Shown: positions 53,397 to 64,000 of the stretch, piece by piece
How the letters are laid out: each line of letters starts with the position of its first letter
How positions within the stretch are numbered: the stretch's first letter is position 1
Assembly: GCA_012295275.1 (NCBI GenBank)
Contig: CM022670.1
Coordinates: 39,494,001 to 39,558,000, forward strand
Direction of reading: 5' to 3'
Source of the DNA: Chrysomallon squamiferum
Taxonomy: Eukaryota > Animalia > Mollusca
Length of the DNA: 64,000 nucleotides
Notes under the pieces: generated by a model
Seen by the model: only the letters and a program-made list of their open reading frames with translations
The model's database searches: none
What the model was told of the DNA's origin: nothing
Translations under genes and position numbers: made by a program

Positions 53397-54577
53397 ACTG
53401 GATAATTAAAAATACCAATTAAAATAATAATAAAATTATTATTAAAATAATATTCTCAGATTTGAGTTCCTGTTAGAAATTTTTTTTCGTTTTTCAAAAA
53501 CATTGAGGGACTAAAATGAAAACAAAGAAAAAGTTCAGGTTGAAATTGAGTTATTAGCATCACAGTATTAACAGAATAGTAAAAAAAGACATGGTTTTGC
53601 AAATGATTTATTACAAAATACCAAAAGCAAAACAGATTTTTATAAATGTAGCACATACAAATGACAATGAATGACAAAACTTGTCAGGTAAATGAAAAAC
53701 GACAGCACAGTATATAATTGAAAAACAACAGGAAAAAAAAAAGTCTTATATTTACATAAAGCTACCATTACAAAATAAACATTAAGTACAAATTGTAGTT
53801 TTTAAATATATGAAAACAAAGTCCTGAATTTCAGATAATTTGCAATATAACTTTCAAATTGTAAGCAAGTATATGAAATAAAATAAACAAGTTAGTAAAT
53901 AAGTAAATATCTAGAAATAAAAATCAATATGCAAATGATTTCCATTAAGAAATAAAACCGAAGACTAGACTTTAGGTTGACAAAATAATCTTTATTTTCA
54001 TGTGAGTATTTTGTCGACAAACATTCACGAAAGATGTCAAATGTCTGAAAACAAATGAGTATTTTAAATAATAATATGTTTTGACAGAAATATAAATAAC
54101 CGCACAACTAACACTGCTCAGGTTTTTTGTTTAGTAATTCAGTTAAAGTGATCCTTTGAGGACACAAGGTGATAATAATAAATAAGAAATTTCCACATAA
54201 TCCAAGTTATGTTCTGTTTTTTCTTTCTTTTTTTCAACGTCCAGTTTTGATTAGTAATTAGCAGAAATGCAGTTAGAAAAATATCTTGGTGTCACCATTT
54301 TGCTGTAGTCTTGATGTTATTGCATACAGGACCAACTGAATCGCTTTAATGTTTTTTTTCTGGCCTGGTCAAAAACAATGACAGTTATCAATCCACCACG
54401 TACACAACATCAATTCCTGTGTAAAAATGTAAAATGGCAACATTTAAATATATTTAACAGTACTGTCACACTTCCATACACTGCTACTGATGGTGATATG
54501 TCACTGAACAATAACTCTGAAGCACAAATAATTGTTTTCAACATTCATTTGTACTGTCACAGCTATGATTATTCCCA

Positions 54578-54795
54578 TCAACTGTGTCTGATTTCCTTTT
54601 TAGCATCTTCCTTCAGCTTCCACTGCATAAGCTCCATACATGCCAAAGCATCCTCTCGACTGTCATGGCCACCAACTGTAATAAACAACATCAAAGAATA
54701 AATAAATATGTAACGTCGTATTGGAATATTTTAAAGTATTTTCTTACTGAGTTTTAAATGTTACTTGTATGACATTATGATAAGAAACAGAGGAA

Positions 54796-54834
<39 letters not shown>

Positions 54835-57800
54835 ACACGTGTACAATAATAAAAATATCTGAAAACTAAAGTCAAACTATAACAAATGAAAAAAATAAAA
54901 TTACAGTTTAATAATAATTAATCCAGAGAAGGCTGAGATTATTTCTAAATTTTCATCATCAATGAAGATATATAATTACTTACAAAAATTTAAAAAAAAA
55001 AAAAATTTATATACTTACTATCGTCTTGTATGATCTTTTGAAGATGATCTGCCATCAAATTACGCAAAGCTCGTTTGTAAGGTGGCCCAAGCCGGTGGGG
55101 AAAAACAACTGATGTGTCTACGACTACCTTGTGAAGAAGCTGTAAGGAAGGAAGATTTGAAATAAATATCTGTGATACACTAAAGACAAGTATTAATGAA
55201 TGAATGGATTTATGAACATTTTTGTGAATGAATGAATATATTTCTGAACGAATAGATGTACTTTTGAATGAAAGAATTCCTTTGCGAATGTCTGCCTGTT
55301 TAAGTTAAACTGAGGATAAGAGATTAAGCTTGTCTGGTGTGTAAGAACTCACTTTGACAGCAATCAGGTCACTCTCCAGGCTGTGACCCAGTAAGATAGT
55401 TTGGGCAGTGAAGAGACTGAGTAGCACTGCTTGTACATCTCTTAGACAGGTTTGTACTCCTTTCATCTGCTCCTCTGTGATACCACTGAACCTGTAACAT
55501 ACACACGTACACCTATGTATATACATACACATAAACACATAAACACATAAAAACATATTAAACATTTAATATATTTGATATTTTCTGTATCATACATCCT
55601 TTGTGATGTTTATATCATGTATCTAAAAATCTATTTATCGCACATTTAGAGTGATTTTATATCAAATGTTCAACATTTAATATTCATATTTCCACTGTGG
55701 ATTTTACATAACTGAACTAATCTGTAAGTTAAGAAACATCCTACGTAGTTATTTTTCTTTTTGAAATAATAATAAAATAAAAACAATTAAAAGAACTCAA
55801 ACAAATGCAAAAATACCAAACAAGAAAAAAGATAAAAAAGAATGACAAGTTAAAACATATTTCATTTAGGTTTATTATTACAAAGCCATCAGATCGTGTA
55901 TTTACTTTTTCATATTTTTAATATTATTAACTTATTACATACACACCCAGAGTTCTTTTAACACATCATATATTTATCGAGATATTTATTTAACAAGTAT
56001 CTTGTGTGCTTTTAGCGCCGGTCACAAAAATATTAACAAAACTCCATCTGTGTTTGGTAAAATATTTGTTCAAATGAAAATGTTTGGATGTGGGAAGTTC
56101 ATCTTTCCACCAAGTGCATTCAGAAAAATAATTTAACCACCAGTGTAACAAAAAAATCTTAGCAATCGTTCTGTAAACAGCTGAAAATATCTGTTGTTCT
56201 TTTTTCCTCAAATAATGAAGAAAGAAACTTGCAGTCAACATACCTTGTATTATAGTCAATCACTGGATAATCTGGCTTGACAAACGTTTCATAAACTGAT
56301 TTCATATCAGCATCTGTGACTGTCACTCTGGCCAACTCCATGCCAATTGTTGTGTACACCTGAAACAATAAATGTCTTCTTCAGTACAAATGAATGAATA
56401 TTTTTTTTTAGAGTATCTAACAGTGAACAAAAAAAGCCTGAATATATTTTGATGTTTCCAAGTATTCTTTTACTTGTTTCTAATGATCAAGATTTTTCTT
56501 TTAATACAAAGAATAAGTTCATGAAAATGCATTGAGATAGATGTATTACCATTTATCAGTTTGCATTTTATATACAGAAGTTATGAATTATATATATATA
56601 TAATTCATACTGTATATATATAAAATGCTTATATATAATATGGATAATCTGAAAATTGAGCTACTGTACGATAATAGACATAGTTTATTCATTATTTTAG
56701 GTTATTTGTTCAAGGTCAACATTTATGACTTAATAAACTAAAATCTAAAAAAAATTAACTTGCCATTTCACAGTCCATTGCATACACGCCATAGTCACCA
56801 TCTATTGGTGGAGAGGATGGGATGGTCTTCATGTAACCAGTGAGATTCATGTATTTGTTTGTCTCATTCACATGCAGCTGAAAGTGAACATTTATTCCCA
56901 TAAATGTATCTGACTGTGTTTAAAACTGTTTTAGTGATGTTAATTGGGATACATATGCATATTTATCCACATTTATTGAGGTGTACGTGTGTGTGTGTGC
57001 ATTTGTGCCTGTATGAATGCATGCATGAATAAATGAGTGACAGTACAAATGCACATGAACAGTTTGGTATGTGTATGACATGTACCTGTATTGCTGTGTT
57101 TATGTGTTATTAATTAGTACATAATTACTTGTGGGTTTTTTAAAAATTCAGACAGATAATTTCTGATGATAACTTCAGATATTTTGAATACAGTGAACAT
57201 CTGCAGATCAGTTTTTCATTTACAAAATTACTTGCAATTTTTTTCTGAGTCTGAGAATCCAATGAAAGATTTTGCTTTTTAAATCAATGTAGTTCACTAA
57301 CATTCTGAAAATGTAATATACTTTTAATTCCCTTAACTCAAAACTCAAAAATAATAACAGAAACATTGATGATGATGATGATGATGATGATAATGATTAA
57401 GATGATGATGAATGTATCAAAAAGAAAACACATTTAAGAACCTTTAGGACATCTTACCTTGCAAATGGAACAACCCTCCGAATCCAGGTCACCCCCACAA
57501 CATGTATATCTAACATCCCACGATCCAGCAACTTGTTATAAAATAAAACTTTACAGATTACATAAACAAACAAATAAAATAAATAAGAGAGAGAAAGCAT
57601 TATAGAAATGAGAGTCGGTATATTTATGTAAATATTGTAAATATTTATAATGAACAGTTACTTTTCACTTATTTTCTGTTGTACAAATAATTTGTGGTTT
57701 ATGTTAGAGAAAACAATAATTTAGCATGTCAGTTTGCAAATTAGAATCCACCATTTGCATATAGATAAATAAAATATAAGTAAAAAAATAAAAGTAAATA

Positions 57801-58128
57801 AAATGTATTTGATTGAAAATGAAAGAAAATAATTATACTATTGCTAAAACACCAAATGAATTTATTCAATTTGCATTCTATACAGATATGTATTTTTTTA
57901 ATTATAGATAAAAATTATTTTAAACTGTCTAAATTTTAAATCTCTAATACCTTTCTTCTTCCAAGCCTTTCCCCAGTGAAAAATACATTCTTCTTTTGAG
58001 TTGTACTTTCCATTTGGAAACACAGTGAACCTCTTCCCACATCGGCAACAATTCTTTTCATGTTCTACACAACACAAGTTTTAAAAAAAAAGGAAGAGTT
58101 AATACAAGTATAAAGAATTAATAAAATT

Positions 58129-58193
<65 letters not shown>

Positions 58194-61100
58194 TACCATT
58201 AACTAAATGCATCACTGAAGTATTAATTAAAAAAAAATCATGAACACAAAATGAAATTTAGCCACATAATAATAATAATAACACACTATACATTGATCAA
58301 ATGATTTGAAAACTACTTTTTTATATTTTTTGAAAGAATGCCATTTTTGGCGTGTACATGTTTGTGTGCAGCATAGCATGGACATGTGCATAGTCACCAT
58401 TCTTGCAATTTCAACATTTTTATGATCTCTAAATGTTTCAAGGTTACTGAATTATGTTATGAACTAACGTTTCAGAGAGACATCTTTATTAGGTGGGTCA
58501 ACATAGAATTTGCAGCATCCACCAGCTTCAGGATCAGGCAAGGGAAAACCATTCTGTTTCAACTGATCCTCTGTCAGCACATACTTCTGTAACCTCTTAT
58601 ATAGCTCGGCACCTGTTTGATATGTAGGTAATTTCAATTTCTGAATCTTTGTTTAAATAATAATTAGTAACAATGCATGAATTCTAATTTGTTATTTCTA
58701 ATCTGTGTTTCAGTAAAATGTGGAAAAATGTAAATATGTATAATGACTATAATAAAATTGTAAGACTTTCTAAAGCTATGTTTGAATATAATGATAATAA
58801 TAATCATTACTAGATAAAATTCAGTTTAAAAAATGCAGCGTACAATAGCTGAATAATGAAAAGACTGACAGTGTGGCTGACACTGTATCAACGATTGCAC
58901 TGGTTTCATTTTGCAGAGTAAATCTTTCATTTTTTACTAACCTAATGTTATATTTGGTTCTGTAACTGACATGACTAACACTCCAGAACATTCTTAATAT
59001 AATCGAAATATATAAATAATTTCACTGGCAAAATACATCATGCAGAATCCACATCCAACACACATATTTTTCTGCTGCCTACATTCCACTACATGAAAAG
59101 ACAACTAATAAAAACCTTTAAAATCTGATGTTTGGACAAAAGCTTGTTTTCCAGACTGGTTAACAGTGTAATTTGTGGTTGTTGCTTTGCGACCGTCTAG
59201 AGTTGCTTTGTGAGACTGTTTGCCACAGTAGACTTTGGTTGGAGAACCGTCTCTCTGCTGTATTTCTGTCCTTAGTCGTTTGATTGCATTTACAGCCACT
59301 CGGAGGTAGATGTTTTTGTTTGTGGCTCGCTCATATACTGCCTTCTCTTCATCCTGGGCCTTAAAAAAAAAAAAAAAATCAGAATTTTTATTATGATTAT
59401 TATTATTATTTTTTAAATTTTATTATTAAAATTCAGTACTTACACTGTTTAATTTGCCTAGATTTAAGATTTGAATATTATGGAAATCTTAAAAGTTATT
59501 TAAGATAATGAAGACACTAATTCATAGTTTAATTGGTGCATGATAGACTCCATTATTGCTATATGCTTGATGTATGCATACCTTCATAGCCATATACACA
59601 GTTTAATGTACAGTAAATAGCCCATAAACTTATAAACCTTGATTTTATGAACCAACTACAAAAGCAATAATGAAAACTACCTATGGTATTTTGAGAATTA
59701 AAGCTAACACTTCAAGCAATATATTTAAGTGTGCAAGAATAAAACTGAAAATCAATACTGAAAGAATTTTGGCAGTTTTATATCTAAAATGGAAATTCGA
59801 ACATCTTAAAATTAATATTAGACAAACCTTTGCATATGCTTCATCTTCAGTCTTACACAGTTTCAGACATTCATCTATTATGAGATTCAAATAGCGCTGT
59901 CTAACATTACTTGGAACTTTGCTTCCGAAGTCTGAGGGAATGGTAGGTCTTTTAGCATTGCTCTAGAAAAGGAAACAAAGTAAATAAATAATGAATTTGC
60001 ATAACAACATCAAGTGACCAGATGTTTTTCAGAGAAAGTTTTTGAGTTTTACCCCTTCATTCTAAATTTGTTTTATTTATTTATTTATTTTTAGCTAGTT
60101 TAATTCATATTTTTAAGAAGAAAAAAAACAAGAAAAAATGTATCCACAGAGAGAAATCTAAGAATAACTGTAATTCAAAAAATGTACCTTAAAAATATGT
60201 TAAAACTAAATACAGCCATTACTCTATGTAGTGAATTACAAAATACACACCAGGGTTGGAGTATGTGCTTTGCGTTTTTCTCCTTTGACCACTGTAATGG
60301 CAGACGTGCGACCTTGCTCCTTTTCGCGAGACAGCTGGTCGAACACTTTGGCTTTGTGGGCAAATCGGTTTTGTTGGTTCTTAAACAAGACAGAATTTGA
60401 TGCCTAATAAAAAGAAAATAGAAATAAACAAACAAAAAGCATTATTTTAAAGTATTATTAAAACCAGAAGAGAAAGAAATTATAAATATCTTTTCAGTAT
60501 TAAACAATGAAAATGTTACAATGTAAGACATACTTAAATTTCTGTTTTAATACTAGACAAAGAGTATGGAAATCTGTAGTTTTCTCATTAATATTTGAAC
60601 AGAACAAAGAAACATAAACAAATTACTATTATTAATTAGGAGACTATAAATTAAATATACAGGTATTTATAGTTCAGCAATACATTTATTTATGATAACT
60701 GGGACAATGGTTAGTAGACCAGGTTACAGCAGGTAAAAGAAAAATCTAACTGGATAGGTTTAATAAACTAAAGTGACTTTTTCTTTCTGAATAATCATAT
60801 AAAACTGACAAGGGCAGACAAACGAGACTAATAAACTGAATGCCAGTGATGGATGTTATCAGAAAATTTCAGAATCTGAATAATTACAATTGCATTTGAT
60901 ATTGCCTCCGATTCTGCTTTTTTCAGCCTCTCAGCTTCCATTGCTTTCTTCTGCATGGCTACAATTCGGTTATGCATCACCTCCCCAGGACTCATCTTCT
61001 TTCTGGCTTTTTCAACAAACTTTCTCTCTGCCTGAAATGAATTTTTAATTTTTCTTGAGGAAATTTAACTTTTATAAATTTTATCAATGATACAGTAATT

Positions 61101-63584
61101 TTTCAGACAACATATTTCATTTCACTAATGCTTTAATTAAAGATACAAGACATTTAAAAATAGTTGGTTTTTTTCCAAGAATAAATTACAAATTCAGTAT
61201 GTAATAAAACTAATATATCTGTTTTCTACAAAGTAGGAAATTAATATAATTCTCCTTCATTTTTCTAGCTTTGTTACAATCAGTTTGACATTATACCTGT
61301 TATGTTAAGATTCAGGATACAGAAAGATAAACACTACTAATATGTCCCATACCTTTTCTGCTCCTTGGTGAGCAACTCTTTTTTTTATCTGTACAGAAGG
61401 AACTAAGTTAGTAGATGACTGTTCTCGATATTTCTGAAATATAAAATAAAAATACTAAAGGACATGTATTCAGCTATTACATCTATAAATATACTGTTAT
61501 TTTGTAGCTTTTTTTTTTTTTTTTTTTTAGTATTATTTGCTAGATAAATGTTCGAAAACATATTACCAAAAATATATTTATTTTGACTGAAATTGTTTTA
61601 ATTCAAATACTACAATGATTTAACATTATACATACTTTATTATTTTATTTATTTTTTATTTGTGTGTGTATAAACTACTAAACCAAAATCATTACATGTT
61701 AAAGAGGAAAGCATAATAAACTTTGATGTGACCTTACAAGAAACGGGAAATAGAAAAATAAAATGCAACAAACTTTTCTTTCATCATTATTTGACTGAGT
61801 AGAAACAGCAATCCCTTCGTTAAATATACGAAGACATTCATCATAAGTGTCACCATCACATTCATAGTCACTGTCTTCAAGAAAGTGTTTGAGCTGATCC
61901 TCGGACATTTCACTGGATTTGTCTTGGCTGGAGAGAGGATTACTGTCTTCCAAGTCACTGAGATCGCTGTACTCACTGTCCTGTCCAAACAGATCAACAC
62001 ACAGTGTCTTTTTCACCAGTTTACAGTCACCTTGTGAACCTGCACTTTTTTGTGAACTTTCCAAACTGTGCTTGGTTTTGCTGCCGTTTCCATTTGCTTC
62101 TTCAGATCTGCTTTTCCCGTTTTTCACATTTTCCTTTTCAGATTTAGAATGATGTTTTGAAACACTTTTCTTAACGTCTTGACTATTTGAGGTGCCGTGT
62201 TTGTTATGGTCTTGTTGTTTGGAAGAACTTTTGTCCTTGCTGTTGAGATGTTTAGACTCTGGCGATGTGTCTTTCCTCTCTGACTTAGACTGTGATGAGG
62301 TGTGTTTAGCTGAGTGTTGTGAAGCTGATTTTGATGAAACACTTTTTGAAGATGATTTAGCTGATGATGTTAAAGAATGTTTGGAAGGAGATTTTGAAGA
62401 AGATGATGACTTGGACGATGAACTGGAAGAAAATGTTTTTGATGAAGATTTTAATGATGAATTTTCTGAAGTATTTTCTTTTTTAACTGAATCTCTTTCC
62501 TTTTTAATAGTCTTTTCTTTATCACAATCAGATTTATGTTTTCCTTTTTTATCAGTTATCTTATTTGTAACATTCTTGTCCTTTCTGTGAACTGAATCTT
62601 TGTCTGAAGTTAAATTTGTCCTTTCTTTGTTTTGTGAGACACTTCTGTTAACTTTCTGAGACTTAACATGTTTAGCACTTTTTACATTTTGTTCAGTCTT
62701 TGAAGAAGAATGTTTTTCATTATTTAAACAGTTGTGAGATTTTTCAGATTTTCTTTTGGTGTTTTCATTCCCTGTCAGAGTATCTTTGTAGCATGTTTTA
62801 ACAGAATACAAATCTGCAGCGTTATCACATTTCTCTTTTGAGTCAGATTCAACGACTAAGCTTTTCTCACTCAAAGCATCACTATCGCTGAATCTTGCAC
62901 TGTCTGAATCACCGAAATCGTCCACATTCATATCATCAACATTAGCACTGGGAAAATCATCCAGACGTTGTCTTTTCATTGGAACATACTGAACTTCAGT
63001 AATGTCATTAGAACCGGCCTTTGAGGAAAAAGCAAAGTTACTCACTGGGTCATATTCTAGGTCTGTACCATGCTTAGTCTTCACTTTCTTCAGTTTGTTA
63101 ATGGGTGTCGGGTTATATTCAGGAATGGTACTTGGAGCATAGGCAGGAATATTTTCTGGATCGTATCCTGGTTTATCCGTCACACTCTCCTGACTAGTGG
63201 GAGATGTTCTGGATTTATCGGAAAAACTGCCAGGTTCATAGAGAGGCAAACTGTCCGCTTCGTACGGTGATGAACCCAGAGGATCATACTCCTCGTGATA
63301 ATGAACTGATTTAACATTGTCAACTAATGTCTTGGGTGTTGGATCATATGTAGGCTCTGAGGCATTGGATAGATCAGATGGAAGATCATAAACATCATTT
63401 CCATCACTTGCTTGTGCGATTATGTCAGTATATTGTCCTGATTCAAGACTATTTTTCCTTTCTGACAGGAATATTTTTGACCCTGTGGGCCCAGCAGGAG
63501 TAGAAATAACATTTCCTTCTGCAGGAGTAAATGTTTTCCTCCCACTGCTACTGATCTGGGGAATGGCACTGGAAGTAGTTGCAT
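54578..63584 (-). CDS. REXO1: RNA exonuclease 1 homolog (DEDDh 3'-5' exonuclease, Elongin A-binding protein 1 family), 5'-partial
   Basis: Exons 63584-61774 (long Ser/Lys-rich region, EYDP motifs, [12 protein letters not shown]), 61433-61353, 61031-60888, 60403-60251, 59962-59828 ([23 protein letters not shown]), 59359-59116, 58612-58469, 58064-57951 (CCRCG...CIFHWGK), 57531-57458, 56877-56764 (YAMDCEM), 56359-56244 (ELARVTV...DYNTR), 55491-55353 (FSGIT...GHSLESDL), 55139-55019 ([11 protein letters not shown]), 54675-54578 (GHDSREDA...*). Confidence 0.95.
56563..56628. repeat. Near-perfect inverted repeat (about 66 bp) in a REXO1 intron
   Basis: gcattttatatacag..tatgaatta(ta)5taattcata ctgtata..taaaatgc is self-complementary. 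Confidence 0.8.
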
Positions 63585-64000
63585 CTGAAAATAATGTACA
63601 GTATTAGAAAAAGGTACACAATGAAGGAAACAAAGATGATACATGAATTTAAGCCTGGAAATAAGCATGCAGTCTCAGACATTGTCTAATAAAAAAAATG
63701 TTTTTTTCATGCTATGAGACACAAATTTAATACCATCAACAGCATTAATTTTGACAAACACAAAATGAAATTTTTCTGTTGCATTAGTTTCATGATGTAC
63801 ATATAAATGTACTTTATGCTTAAAAGGCATCAGATGAATTTCTAACTTCCTAGTATATTTCTGAAATTGTTAATTTATGGCATATCTACTCCGCAACCAA
63901 TGTATTTAATGCCATTTCAACACATCTTTTATATCAAAGAAAATAAGATATAAATCATATGATTTTGAAATAATAGTATGATAGTAATCATTTCTCGGAA

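Noticed and set aside
61919-62590. Antisense ORFs over the large REXO1 exon (and similar ones over the Ig/FN3 and DCAF15 exons)
   Set aside because: Shadow ORFs of genuine coding exons, with no independent splice or domain evidence.

Overview
AT-rich, microsatellite-dense eukaryotic DNA with spliceosomal introns, most likely from an invertebrate animal (a lophotrochozoan/mollusc is my guess, not shown). Most entries in the ORF track are repeat artefacts or isolated exons. Manual exon threading gives four protein-coding loci. (1) The 3' part of a + strand Cys-rich type-I membrane protein gene (212-5677) with a 9-nt microexon, possible orphaned tail exons and nearby decayed duplicate fragments. 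(2) A - strand gene with 37 coding exons (37908-11197) encoding an apparently secreted protein of about 2,800 aa: signal peptide, about 14 Ig domains mostly made of four copies of the LAR/type-IIa RPTP Ig module, about 12 FN3 domains and one ROR-type Frizzled cysteine-rich domain (CRD), with no transmembrane, phosphatase or kinase region visible. This is the most unusual object in the window. (3) DCAF15 (-). (4) REXO1 (-, 5' end outside the window). Several apparent single-base indels may be assembly errors. No rRNA, tRNA, CRISPR array or intact transposon was recognised. All family assignments rest on motif recognition by eye, not on database searches.
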